DNA of 60,738 nucleotides, filler included, from Platydemus manokwari (Eukaryota): NCBI GenBank assembly GCA_037951405.1. It is 6 parts of 6 records of this genome, joined end to end, with 100 filler letters (N's around TTAATTAATTAA, not from the genome) between each part and the next. Parts side by side here need not be neighbours in the genome. Positions count along the whole stretch, not along the records: positions 1 to 9,031 come from JBBMOY011311204.1; positions 9,132 to 18,409 come from JBBMOY011272540.1; 4 more parts are not named here. One strand, 5' to 3'. Shown piece by piece: positions 1 to 13,309 of this stretch (position 1 is its first letter; each line of letters starts with the position of its first letter). The notes under the pieces were generated by a model. It saw only the letters and a program-made list of their open reading frames with translations, ran no database searches and was not told where the DNA came from. The position numbers and the translations under genes were made by a program.

Positions 1-2399
1 AAAACAATTCAAATCGAAGATAAGATTATTTATTTCAATTTTCAACATCACACTCCTCAAAACCATCACACTTTTCAATGTCAATAAAAGTGAAATTTTC
101 TAGTAATTCTACAATGTTTGGATCAGACTCGTTCACATTCATTTCAATTTCTTAAATAGTTTATAAGACTAAAAAATAAATTTTTATAAAAATGTCATCT
201 GCAGCTAATACCCGCTGCAGCTTATACTCGGGATTTTACAGTAATAAATATCAATTAATTAATGCATCGTTTAAATCGAAATCGAAATAAATGGGCATGA
301 TTTGGATAGATTTTACAGCGATAATAATGTCGCTTCATATCTGATATTTTTACAACACATCACCGAGAGCATTAAAATTGCCGTATTATTCTAATAATAA
401 ATTTGATGGCAAAATATGTTGAAATCATTTTGGTTTTTGACGACTGTTTGTTGGTAAATATGGTTATGCTTATACTGTGATGATGAGCATAATAAATAAT
501 CGACACGTACAGATTTCACGATAATGTTGATATATTTTAGTAGAAATTATCTTTCTAAAATCTTGTTTTAAAATATTAGTTCAAAATTGAGAACCTATTT
601 TAAATGAGGTCGATATATATATATAGGGTCCGACACAAGATTCGATGTATATCTTGTAATGCTAAGATCAGTTGCAATGTTTCTTATCAATTCATGGTTT
701 TATTTGTATCAGTGTCATTCAGAAATAAAGGTTTGCAATCAAATTGTTAGTTATTGATTGAAAAAATTATTATTGAAAATAATGATGATGTCATTGCTTT
801 CAAGTTTAATTCGAATAATATAGACCGTGTATCTGAGACTGATTCTAGACACATTATGAAATAAGGATCACTGTTGCCATACTTGCTATCTTCATACAAA
901 TCTTCATAATCAATAACCTGATTTCTTTCGTGAATTTGTAATGAATCTGTATTCATCGAGAACAATTAACAGAGGACAGAGCCTATTAACATCATATTAA
1001 TAAATCAATTATTATAAGGAATTTCAAATGATCTACAAAATGGAGGGATTCAGTGGAGGAATTTCAAAATAATGATGATTCAGTACGAAAACTCGAGTTC
1101 AACGTTAAATAATAATAAGAACAAGTAATTGGAATTTCTATTTCTAAAATGAGATCAATATTTATAACAACAATGGCTGAAATATTGATAAAATCAAATC
1201 AGTGTGAGTGAAAGGCAATATTGAGAAAGCCTAATGTGTCAAGAAGTGCTAATTAGAAAGTAATTAAAGTAGATTTCTGGATTGAAAATTCAAATTTTAG
1301 CCGAGCTCCTAACAATTTATTGTTATTGATGAGAAATTAAGATGAAAAACTTAGTCACCGAGAAGTAACACTCAGGAATAAATAAAAAAATTGTTTAAAA
1401 TTAAATTTATTGTTTAAAGATAAATATTAAAAATCATTAAGAAATGTTGATAAATTAAAAAAAATATGGAAAAATAACAAAAAAACAAGAAATCAAATCT
1501 GACAAGTAAACTCAACGTAGATTGATTAATGGCTCTTAAATTAGAAAAAGAGGCATAATCTGCTTTACAATGTGAGTGGATTGTGAAAGGAAAAGCAATA
1601 CAAATGTAATACCGAAAATAACGTAGATAATGTATTGGTTCCAATAAGACATTTGGTATCTTTATAATAAAAATAACGAAATTAATAATTATCATAAAAA
1701 TAACTCAAATAATGATAAAACAAAATATAAATGGAATGGCAAAAATCATTTTAATACGTCAAGAAATTTGAGTGAAATATATTTATAAAATAGAAAAGAA
1801 AAAATTTTAAATTAAAAAAACTTTAAAAAACTTATTATTCTAATAAATAAATTCAATAATATAGCAGAAAGAAAGCAAGCTCAAGCTTTGTTAGAACATA
1901 TTAAAGGAAATCAAGCTGAATTGAAATTAGCAATAGAAGAAGGAAATAAAAATTTTAAAGTTATTGGAAATAAACATAATAAAATAATAATATATATTAA
2001 AATTTTAATACCTGAAAATATTGAAATGTTTATAAATTTAAAAAGTTTTATCTCAAATTATCCTTCATTCTCTATTAGAAATTCATTAATGTGTTGAAAC
2101 TCTTCAAAATACTTATATTATTAATAGAAAATTTTTGGTTGTTTAAATAATTAATGTAAATCATTTAAATTTAACTTGAGATTTCACAAAATTATCAATA
2201 AATAATTTGTTAAATTTAATACTCTGAAGAAATAATAAAAAAAGAAATAACATCTCAAGACAATAGGGGTTAATTTGGCGTTATAAGAAATTTAAATATT
2301 TGACATCAACATAAGTACAAAATAAGATTTTCGAAAATATTATAAGTTATCTTATAAAACAAGTAAATTATTATGAGGTGAGAAAAGAAAACATAATAG

Positions 2400-3453
2400 T
2401 GTTTATATTACTATTTCCGCCTACTCGTTTAAAAAATAACTTTAAAGAATCCATGCATTATTTGCAATTATTCAAAGCAAATAAAGTTCAAAATGCCAAC
2501 TTAGTAAAGTTAGTGAGTAATTGGATTGTAGCATTTAGAGAATTGATGAAACGATAAAATGACTGCACAGTAATACAAATGAGTTGATATAATTTTGACA
2601 TACAGGGAGATGGCAAAACACTAATTTAGTGAGATTGGAATGATTATGGCGTTCGAAAATAAAATTAATTGATTTACTGCACAGAACTGCAAGTGAAGCG
2701 GTATAAATACTGATAAAATTTGATTAAGATTACCATTAGTAGAAAAGATAGCTGGATGGCTGCATCGAATAAGGCGAAAATGTTAAATGCTAATTTATTT
2801 ACGATAAGGAAATTTGAATTATTCATTTCAGAAGAAAGACAGGATCACATCTAAGAATTTATCAAGACCATCAATAGAATTTATTACAAGTGTAAAGAGA
2901 GGTAAATTATAGAGAGGAGGACCTTCAATTTTATATTTTATATTTTGAAATCTATAATTAAATCCATTTCAATTACGTTGATGTTACACGGTTCATTTAA
3001 AGATTTTAGTTCTTTAATTGGCTATAATAAATGTCCCAGCAAAATCTGGAATTCGTGAAACTATTATTTTGTATTTTAAAACATATTACGGATGAATTAA
3101 ATTTAGAAATACCTTTGTTAAAATACTGTTGATAGATCAGTTAAATGATATTTGTAAAAGTATAGAAATTATGATTTCAGAAACTACAAAAGGTAAAGAA
3201 TCACAATGAATATCATTATGTAAAATCCAGAACCATGATGAACTCATAAATGCAGTTCAAAACTGATTCATGTAATTTTTCTAGCTTAAAAACTGTAATA
3301 TAGCTTAAAATGTGAATATGTAATTGATGATGACAATAATTCAAGGAGGTTGCGCTTCATCAAAAAATTTGAGAAATTTTAAATTAAAAGGATAAATATA
3401 AATTTATCAATTGATAAATATAATTGACAGTGATAACTTTGGAAATCTGTTAG
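2400..3453 (+). mobile_element. Highly degenerate hAT (Tip100/ZMYM-like) transposase remnant, 5' part, interrupted by a Gypsy insertion
   Basis: Frameshifted fragments occur in hAT order: DET..DCTVIQMS (~2545-2585), DG-containing segment (~2755), SVKR (~2890), TR(F/W)-like (~2985). Many stops; read by eye only. Confidence 0.4.
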
Positions 3454-3457
3454 GAAA

Positions 3458-3567
3458 AGTAACGTGATTAAATAAAGAAACACGTGGTGTTTGTATAAAT
3501 AATTGATTGGTGTATTAGTGTAGTTTTTAAAATAAATATTATGTCTGAATGTGATTATGATGTAACT
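3458..3567 (+). repeat. 5' LTR (~110 bp)
   Basis: Aligns by eye with 7173-7273; followed by a PBS that overlaps the terminal T. Confidence 0.85.
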
Positions 3568-4554
3568 GGGGACCACGCCGTACAAATGAACGCAATAACA
3601 AGGAACCAGCAGAAGAAACAGTCATTAGAGAATTTACCGTAACAGAGACAAGAAGCGCTCAATTTCAATATTCGAAAATTTCAATATTCGAAGAAATTTA
3701 AACAATGTGATAAAGTGGATACAAGAGAAATGGCAATGAATTCCGGAATGAAACAAGATTCCATAGTGAAAGATATTATCAGTAAGATAACACGATCGAA
3801 TGTATTAAAAGACGCACTTGCCCTCAAACAAGATATCGAAGTTAGGATATCATAGAAGTTAGGAGTTCTGCAAAGGTGTTCAAAAATCAAGAAGAAGGTG
3901 TACAAAGAGATTCTCAAGAAGTGAATACAATTTGTAGAGACAGCTATGCTCAAGTGCTAAAAACTGGACGATGTAACCGTTGGAATTACTAGTACAAAAA
4001 AGAAGGCAACGAGTCCAGTAAATAGAAGTAACCTCATGGTATCAGAACACGGAGGCCCGAGTCAATAGATTCAGAATAGAAGTACACTTCAGGTAGTAAG
4101 GGACCAGTGTATTCGAAGAAATACATGGCCAAGAAACTTTACAACAAGTGTCGAGGCATGCCAGATCCAAAAGAAGAACGATTGCGTGGAGACAATTGCT
4201 TCTGCAGTGGAGAAAGCGGACACTACAGAAGCCAGTGATCTAAAGCAAAAATGTTTAATATACAGACAAGAATTTCATCATTTCGAATCATGTCATCTAA
4301 TACGAGGTACCAGACACAGAGAAGAAGGTAGCATTTTATGTATTCAAGACGAAATCGAGGGGTTGAATCGATAGATAAGAACTAAATTCCAAATGGAACC
4401 AGACATGAAGAGATATTTAAGAACGACGACGCTAGAGTTTGGAGTAAAGTGTTGATCAACGGATCTGAAGTAGAGATGTTGTAGGATTCAGGAGCGTCTA
4501 TCACAGTGATGAGCGAGAACTATTGTAAAAAGATGTGAAGCCCAAAATTGCGAG

Positions 4555-4713
4555 TGTAAACCGCTACTATTTTATAAAAAACGCATCGAAAACGAAAATT
4601 CAATTCTATTCAAGGACAATTATTTAAACAAAATAAATAAAATTTAATATCAAATAAAATTCAATATCAAACTAAATTAAATATAAATTAGAATCCAATT
4701 TGATATTCTCACA
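4555..4713. mobile_element. Solo LTR (TGT...ACA, 159 bp) inserted in the Gypsy protease
   Basis: AT-rich insert with TGT/ACA ends, flanked by GCGAG (4550-4554) and GCAAG (4714-4718). Removing it plus one TSD rejoins the protease frame as ...PKLR-DSLITLSGVF. Confidence 0.8.
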
Positions 4714-7172
4714 GCAAGATAGTTTGATTACGCTTAGTGGAGTGTTTTCAATAAATGCCGAGTACAAAGGAAAGAAAAGAAACATTAAGGTTGTGATAGC
4801 AAAAAGAATTTCTCCCGATTTTATTGGAGCTGTTGACACGATGAATGTATTTGGGATTCAGCTGAAAGAGGTAGCCACAATCGATTCATCACAATTTAAC
4901 GATAAATATATAAATGAGGAAAGAATGAAACACGCAATGGAAATGATAAAAAATGGGAACACGGAAAGAATTAGAAGACTGATCATAGAGTACGGAAATA
5001 TATTCAAAGCTTCGAAATTTGATTTAGGCAGAACCACCTTAGTTGTTTACGATATTATAATTACCAAAAATCCTATTTCGCAGAATCCCAGAAGACAGCC
5101 CATGCACTTAGAAGCAAAAATTGGTGGATGTTAAATATTTCTCCTCCATAGATTTGGGACAGGCTAATTACCAAGTTGAACTAAGAAAAGGATCCCTGGA
5201 TTGCACAGCTTTTAGCACAAGAACCGGCCAATACTGTTTTAACAGACTCCCTTTTGGACTATTTACAGCACCAGCAACCTTTGAAAAACTAATGCACAAG
5301 CTGTTGGATGGATTGATCTTTCAGAGCGTTGTGGTATATTTGGATAATGTGTTCATATACGGAAAAACTCAATAAGAGCATGACAATTTACTGGAAGCCG
5401 TGTTTCGACGAATTTAAAAGTCAGGTCTGAAAGTGAATCCGGAGAAATGTACGCTTATCAAACATGAAGTAAGGTTTTTAAGTCACACAGTCATTGCCAA
5501 GGGCATACGGACTAATTGCGACAAAATTGTACGAAATAAACCAGTACACAGTGTACCAGCAAACTGCGATCATTTTTAGGACTGACAAACTATTACAGGC
5601 GATTTATCAAGGATTATGTTTTAATAGCGATTCCACTATACACCGCAATGCAGGTGAAGATAATGAATTACAATGGCCAGAATCGTGTGAAACAAGTGTT
5701 TTGAAGCCACGGTTGGCACTTGTGAAGCACCAATTTTTGATTACCTAGGAGAAAATAGGATATTTGTAGTCGATACAGACGCAGGTTTTTGTGCAATCCA
5801 GGGTGTTCTAAGCCAAGTTACTGAAGAAGGAACAGAAGTGATTATAGCCTATAAGTCTCTATTACTGACTACTCACAATAAAGGGTACTGTGTTACCAGC
5901 AAGAAACTGCTGGATATCCACCAGTATGTTATTTACTTTAGACAATACTTGTATGAAAAGACATTCATCGCGAGAACCGATCACAAAGCCCTAGTATTCT
6001 TGAACTCAACACGAAAACCGATCTCCCCTCAATTTCAAGTATGGATGGCGTCACTGTCAGAATACGATTTTAATATGAGATAGACAAAAGGAGAGAATCA
6101 TAGCAATGCAGATAGATCATCTAGGATTAACGAAACACTATGTTTCCAGTGTAAGACGAGGCACGATGGAGAAAAAACGGAAAATCCGAAGAACAAATAT
6201 TTAGCTGAAGGTGATTGACGAAACGCTGATGCTGGAGAAAAATAAAGGTTTTGCTGCTATAATACCGGAAGATTTTGCCGCTCAATTTTCCAAAACAATT
6301 CACGAAGACCTTCGTATATTTAAACAACAGTTTTTATTGGCCAGACATGTTCAACACCATGAAAAAAGACACTGAAAGAATGTATCATATGTGCATATGT
6401 ATCAGATCTGCTCCTTGGGTTAGGCTCTGAGTTTCAAGACCAAGCCGTGGTGGACATTGCTCAAATGGACACGGCGCATAGTAACATGAAGTACCTAGTA
6501 CTCATTACCGACAGATTCAGCAAGCTAGTGAGCCTCACTGCTACATCTACAGAAGACGAAAAGAAAATCTTCCTGGTCATTTCGAACTCGTGGATTTATC
6601 GATTTGGAAAGCCAAAGAGGAAAATTTCGTATCAAACAAATATTCAGCTTATCATATCAGCATCAATCGAACGGACTAGCGGAAAGAGTCATCAGGGCGA
6701 TACGAGATTTGATAACAGCTACTTCAAATGGTAAGAGTCCTGTGAAAAATTGTGCTGAATTGTTGCCAAGGATAGGGTTCTGCATCAACGCAACACATAA
6801 ATCAACAACGAAGTTGTCGCCTTTCGAGATAATCTACGGGCGGAAGATCAACGTTCATACATATGTTAGCTACAAGAATTAAACTCTAGATGATATTGCA
6901 GCAGCAGCTAGAAAAAAAATTCTAAGGTGGCAGCTGACGTAATGTCTAACAGAGACAGGGAAAAAGAACACATCGAGCTTTTCAAGGTGAAAGGGAAGGT
7001 GTTAGTTCGCGTTGATACCCATAAGAGCAAGAAAAATTGATACTAGTACGATGGCCCCTATAGAATCAACGGATTCAAGTCAGACAGACAGGTGGAGATT
7101 CAATTCCATCATGCGATAAAATTCAGACGATTAGAGTGGTTGAAACGGTAGAGTGGGTCTTAAGAGAAGGCG

Positions 7173-7273
7173 AGTATTGTTATTAAATAAAAGAAAACAC
7201 GTTGTATTTGTTTAAATAATTGATTGTAGTTTTTCAAATAAATATTATGCTTGAATGTGCTTATAATTTAACT
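7173..7273 (+). repeat. 3' LTR (~101 bp)
   Basis: Preceded by a purine tract; matches the 5' LTR; followed by TSD GAAA. Confidence 0.85.
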
Positions 7274-7277
7274 GAAA

Positions 7278-7600
7278 ATAATACGAAACACGTAAGCGAA
7301 TTCTAGAGAAGCAATTTATTATGAAAAATCTATAAATCAATAAGATTGAATGAAAGGAATTTTAGGAATGAATAATCAAAAATTAATTAGTTTAAGGAAT
7401 TCAGAAAATTAATTCCGTTTTGTGAATTTAAAATTTAAAGTGAACAGTGATATTTGCTGCACTTCTAATCATTTAGTTATCAATTGTTTATTGACGTATT
7501 GTTTTAATAATTAAATAAATCATTAACTATTGTTTGAATGATTAGTTGATCTATAAAATATTTTCAGCCGTGAAATGAAGGTCCGAATTGGTCAAAATCG
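7278..7600 (+). mobile_element. Possible continuation of the hAT remnant (dimerisation-domain-like fragments)
   Basis: A weak ERS..MK.L..M..L-like pattern follows the Gypsy TSD directly; heavily decayed. Confidence 0.25.
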
Positions 7601-7739
7601 ATCAATACTTTAAAATTGATTTGAGCTAATATAGGATTTTAAAACAATTTTCACCATTAACCTGATATATTTTATCCTGGGTGAGCAAAATATAACAATT
7701 GATTTCGTCATTATAATGACAAAAATAGTCTTCAATTAT

Positions 7740-8500
7740 TGTGGTGCTGAATGCAGAATGAGTAAAAATGAAAGTATGCAAATTAAAAAATTAAAAATCT
7801 GAAGAAGAAAACCTACAACAAGGAATTACTAATAAATTCTTAAATGAATTTTTATATGGTGATATTCTAAAGAATTTCATTTACAAAGTATAGATACTTT
7901 GAATTGAAAAATCCTGTACATAATCTTCATGTAATTGGTACGAAATGTAAACCATTATAAAATATTCGCCCCCATTCCAATAGGAGAAAATATATTAAAA
8001 AATAGAATTGATGGCATTCCAATACGACATGGTGCAGATGATATTTCAAAATATTTACAACATAAATGTGTTCCTGAATTTGAAATAATTCTTGATCTGA
8101 AAAAATATAGAAGATGAAAGATTTTTGAAAGCAAAAATTGTTTATGTCTACTCACTATGGCATTAATTGAGCAAATATTGATTATATAACATTTTTTCAA
8201 ATACAACCAAAGTCGATTTGATTTGTATAAATTAAAAATATTTTTACAAAATTTTATTCTTATTAAGAAGAAATTAAAATATGAATTGCTTGATTATTTA
8301 AAACGAATTATTTGATTGGAAATTAGAAAAAAATTAAAATCGATTATTATATTAGAATTTTCTCAAATGTAATAAAGCTACAAATAATGTTTCCAGTGAA
8401 ATTGAAATTATTCTTCATATATATTGATTTATGATTTATAATCCTGATCAAGATTGAAAATAAATGAGAAAGCTTTCCAAAATTTCTTTGAATAATGTTT
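7740..8500 (+). mobile_element. Degenerate Mutator/MULE-like transposase remnant
   Basis: YFKTNYLIG (~8295) followed by ATNNVS (~8377) resembles the MULE YF..(W)...TNN..E signature; frameshifted. Confidence 0.35.
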
Positions 8501-8539
8501 TATTTGTTTTATTAAATAAATTTGAGAAAATCATTATCC

Positions 8540-8930
8540 TAGGAGAAAGAGATAAAAATGAACGATATTGTTGAATTACCGAAGGTTAAAGATGGTAACA
8601 AAAAAGCTAGATGAAGTACGTGAAGTGAAGAATATGAGTGCTATAACGTCCAATGATTGGATAACAAGACAAAGATGCAGGTAAGGAGAATAGAGACCAG
8701 ACATTGCTACAACTGTATCAAATCTGGTCACCCCAAAGGTTGTAACATGTTATACCTGGCATAAAAAGAACATATAGCTAGAAATTGTCCAAATATAATC
8801 GGATGCAAAAGATGGCATTACTGAGGACATCACAAGACAGAGTGCTACACGAACTTCGAAAAACGTAAGCATTCTGAGCAAGTTGAATATAATTAATCAT
8901 ATTAGTATTTGCAAATTTAATATTAGTGTT

Positions 8931-8966
<36 letters not shown>

Positions 8967-9031
8967 ATAATAATAAAATAATGCCATTTGGAATAGCAGC
9001 GGCACCTGGTACGTTTCAAGAATTAATGACA
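8540..9031 (+). mobile_element. Deleted Gypsy-type remnant (gag zinc knuckle + RT fragment), cut at the contig end
   Basis: CYNCIKSGHPKGC knuckle at 8705 and MPFGIAAAPGTFQELM at 8981-9028, with a (TA)n tract between them. Confidence 0.7.
8936..8962. repeat. (TA)n microsatellite
   Basis: Uninterrupted TA run. Confidence 0.95.
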
Positions 9032-9131
9032 NNNNNNNNNNNNNNNNNNNNNNNNNNNNNNNNNNNNNNNNNNNNTTAATTAATTAANNNNNNNNNNNNN
9101 NNNNNNNNNNNNNNNNNNNNNNNNNNNNNNN
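9032..9131. other. Artificial contig spacer (N44-TTAATTAATTAA-N44)
   Basis: 100-nt linker with stops in all six frames, repeated identically five times in the window. Confidence 0.99.
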
Positions 9132-11052
9132 TATTAATTCTTTTGAACATAGTGGTGTAGAATCTTCCATCCCATAAAGTTCTAGAAAAATTTCTGTTAT
9201 TAATGACTGTAAATGTTTTAGTTTATAAGTGAAATAATGTTTCTTAGTCCACTAGTAATACAACCCAATATAAAAACTTGCTAAAGAACATGATCATAAA
9301 ACATTAATTACAAACAGAAATAAAAAATCTTACATTTGAATCTGTATTAAGATTTCATAATAATAAGGTATCTGCTCGTAGGACACATTTATCAGAAAAT
9401 AAAATAAATATTTCAGATCTTGAATTAAGAAATGTTGAATGTTTCATAGAAAACGGAAGTTATGTGTCTGGAGAAAAAACCAAATATTATTCATAAAAAA
9501 GGAAAATAAATAAAACTCAGAATTATTTTTCACACAAAAGTAATTTTAAAATCAATACAACAAAGAATTTGTTTTACTGAAACAAATTCATTTGTTAAAA
9601 TGACCTCAAGGTCACTGAAATTTTTATCAAAATCAAAATCAAAGAATCATTTCAAAAATATATTCTTAGTAATTAAGTAGCTGCTAAAATGATTTATGTC
9701 AATTTAGCTACTTAAGTAGCTAAAAACTGTAGGCTGTTGCTAAATTTAGACATGACATCTTGAGATAGAGACCAAAATTTTAAGCAATAATATGCGAGCC
9801 ACAAAATCAGTATAAGCGCAAACAAATTCATTCAGATTGCACTTTATTTCATTTCCTCAAGACATTGAATCGATTATTGTTACGAAGAAATTTATTTATC
9901 CAAAGACATAATGATAAGAAAATTTTTTTATTTACTATTAAGCACCCACAACTATCATGATATATGTGTGGTTGAATTAAAATCTACTAAAGCCACTACT
10001 TATATCCCACCTTATTTTTTGATCACAGGGACGTCTCACCACCTAGTTGGGCGCACCTCAATTTTATTCTAAAGGGTCAACCAGTGCAAAATAGTAAAGT
10101 GCATCTTTAGAGACATCTAAAATTCGATTGGTTAATTTAATTTATTTTTATTCTTTTGTATCATTTTGTTTGATTATTTATTATTATCCATACTTTTCAG
10201 GACTTTTAATATTCACCCTGGCTATTTATACTTAAACTATTATTTTTATTATAAGAGAGTTCGAACACGTCTTACGTATCTAAGAAGATCAGATTCTGTC
10301 GGGAATAAAATCGCAACCTTCACTTTTAACTATGTCTCTAAAATTTGTATACAGATGTGTTAATTGTTATCGTATACTACCAAAATTTTAATTTGATTCT
10401 ATTTAACTATCGTCATGAAATCCCAACATATAAAATATTAAAAAATTAAATATGTATACATAGCGGTAATATATAATTTCAGGTTTTAATCACAAGAACG
10501 GCTTCTTATTCCTATTTATTTTCCTTTAGTAAAACAAATTTGTAATTATTCTAAGCTAATGAGTTTCAAATCAGTTGGCAAATCGTGGAATTCGGGAATA
10601 ATTTAGATACAATTTTAAATTCAAATTCAATTCAAACTCAAACCTGAAAAAGATATCTTCAGTGATTTATCAAATACTAACAGACAAATCCAGATTTAAA
10701 ACTTTTAAAATGATTTAATATTATTTCAATTTCAGTTGAGTTAAAAGATTGTAGAATCGATCAAAGATTAAAAAACAACCCAGATTAAACAGTATGTAGA
10801 AACCACAACCTTTGATCTTTTTAATAATAATCTTCAGTCATTAAGGTATGTGGTGTGTTTAAATACTAAAATGTGTTTTAATATTTCAATTATTTTGTTA
10901 ATTATTATGAAATAATTAATTATAATTTTATAAATTATATATATAGAGAGAGATATTTATATTTAAATATCACATAAACATGAAATAAATATTTATAAGA
11001 AGGATAGGTGATAATCAGAATAGGCTTCATAACGAATTTTGTCGACAAATAA

Positions 11053-12425
11053 TCATTCATTATATTCCGGATAATCATCTAAATAATCCAATGTTTCTTC
11101 GTCACGAATCGATTCATCCACAGTAATATCCTTAAAAGGATATCCATCTTTATAAAAACTTAAGAATTGATCTTTAAATCTTTCTGTAAAGACATGGGTA
11201 AGCCATTTACAAAATTAAGAATATAAATAACCAGTATGAGGTTTCAAAGGACCTCCACATCCACGATATTCGATTGGTAAGAGTTCTTTCAATCCAGGAA
11301 TGTGTTCAAATACTACATCCATATCATTAGTTCGAATAATCTGAAATTAATAACTCATATAGTAATAATAAACCAATCACTAATCAAAACAACGATAATA
11401 GTAATAAATTAATAAAACATATTATACATCACTAAAATTGTAAAAATCTGTTCGACAAAATATAAACTATTTACGAACTTTGCCATCGAATTGTTTTTTC
11501 AGATAAAAAGACCACATTTTGAACGCATTATCATAAATCTGAGGTGCATTGTAAAATACATATACATTCATTCGCCATGGAAAAATATCCTAGAAGTGAT
11601 TTCATTAAATTTCTAAATCAATAATCATTTAAAACATTACTTGAAAGCACCTTGCTACTTCCATTAGATATTGACTATCAGTCCATGCTTTCGCTACCTT
11701 TGGTGATGCGCCCGTCATATCAAAGAGCAATCTTACTCCATGAATTTGGGTCTCTTCTTCAGACATAATTATCTCATATCCCATAAAGAACAATATCTCA
11801 AATTGAATATTAGAAATCGTGTCAGGATTCCAATTCTCTGAAAACGAAACATAAAAAATTTTGAACCAGTTGCTACAAGCAAAACGAGAACATTTTCACC
11901 ATCACAATCCATATCATACAATTATATATTATCATAATCTAATGTTATTACTCATTGGAGAAAAAATAATTAATTCTCCGTCTTCATTCCTCCCCAATGG
12001 TGTAAACATTCTAAATATTTCACGATTTTTATAAATATTTGAATTATTAATCTACTGTGATTCTAGAAATTCATTAATCATCGCGTCATCAATATTGGCA
12101 TAATCGTAAAATTGTGGAGTTCCTCTTTGAGAACATCTCACTGTACAAAACGAATCCAATTGTTTTTGAGCTGCTTTCAAATCAAATTTCGCTATTCTTA
12201 GAAATCGTAGTAAGAAATGAGAATCTATTTAAATCATTTATAATATAATGATGAATATTATTTTATTATCATACCTGTCGGACAATTGAAATGTGGCATT
12301 GCTATCGCCCATTGCCGCAGTTGGTCAATTTGTTCATCAATATGTTCTGGATCTTCATTCAAATTATCAATAGCAAATTGTTTCGATGATTTGCTAATTT
12401 TATCATAATCATATTTATCTGTCAT
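11053..12425 (-). CDS. CRAL-TRIO (Sec14-like) lipid-binding protein, alpha-tocopherol transfer protein/clavesin-like; about 7 exons, apparently complete
   Basis: Spliced translation: MTDKYDY..QLRQWAIAMPHFNCPT|DSHFLLRFLRIAKFDL (CRAL_TRIO_N motif), then EETQIHGVRLLFDMTG, FPWRM..YNAP and LLPIEYRGCGG, stop TGA at 11053-11055. Introns are GT-AG. Confidence 0.9.
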
Positions 12426-13084
12426 TATCACTGTGTCGGTTCTAAACAATCAGCAATTTAATCTCATAATCGAATCAAACTAATGTTTTATAGAAATCAA
12501 AATAACACACACTATTGAACGCGAAAGGTAGAATTATATTCTAACGGTACTGTTATTGTTGAGTGGTTATTGCTTACGGCGCTACGTCAATTCAATTACA
12601 AGTGGTCAAATTTTACAATTTCATGTAAATGTGCTAATCAATATTATCGATATTTTTAAGTGAAAATATATTTGTAAATCCAGCACTTGAAGAAAGCAGA
12701 GATTTGCAAACAACTCTACATTTTATTTAATTAATATTTTATAAATATAATCCCAAGAAAGCAGCATACTGATAAAATGTAGATAGTGAGGGCCATTATC
12801 ATCAAATCAAATCCTTAATTGTAATAATAAAAACCAAAAACCCAAATCATATCATAAGTTTCTAATTAATAATGCGCCAAACTTTGAAACTGGCTTTGTC
12901 CACAGTGCCATTTTAGCTAATTAACCAGTCATTACCTGGGTTTATTCAAAAGATTTCTTAAATGATGTAGGAAACCTTCCTGCAATTTGAATGCGATGCA
13001 TTGTTCAATAACACTAGCGTTGACTTTGATTCAATACTCGAATCTATTTTAGACACGCATAATTATACACATGATTTTCTTTAT

Positions 13085-13309
13085 TTAACGGATTCGTTCC
13101 ATTCCTCCTATTCCTACTTTTGTATGATTTGTACTTACATTAATACTATTTTGACTTTCATTTAACTCATTCATGTAATTTGTATTATTCATACTGTTTG
13201 TGTGATATTTAGATCTTTCATGTTTTACTTTATTGGAATAAGAAATTTCTTTATTACTAATCTGACTAAAATATCGCCTTCGGTTGTCAGCCTCGATGAA
13301 ATTAGTCAT
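13085..13309 (-). pseudogene. Small zinc-finger-like ORF (C-x2-C-x10-H-x5-H, decayed), virus/Polinton-like
   Basis: RRYFSQISNKEISYSNKVKHERSKYH. The paralogous copy at ~13815-13933 keeps one Cys (SQICNKE). Confidence 0.5.

Larger units (their letters stand above)
3458..7273 (+). mobile_element. Ty3/Gypsy LTR retrotransposon with both LTRs; internally deleted and decayed (gag-PR-RT-RH-IN)
   Basis: Direct repeats at 3458-3567 and 7173-7273 begin AGTA and end AACT. 4-bp TSD GAAA (3454-3457 / 7274-7277), PBS TGGGGACCACG at 3567, PPT AAGAGAAGGCG just before the 3' LTR. Two decayed CCHC knuckles (~4196-4295), protease DSGAS (~4484), RT RLPFGLFTAPATF..YLDN, RNase H VDTDA..RTDHKAL, and integrase SNGLAER..SPFEIIYG in Gypsy order. 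Confidence 0.93.

Noticed and set aside
9076-9087. Recurrent TTAATTAATTAA palindrome at ~10 kb spacing, considered as a biological repeat or site
   Set aside because: Always embedded in fixed N-runs; a synthetic linker.
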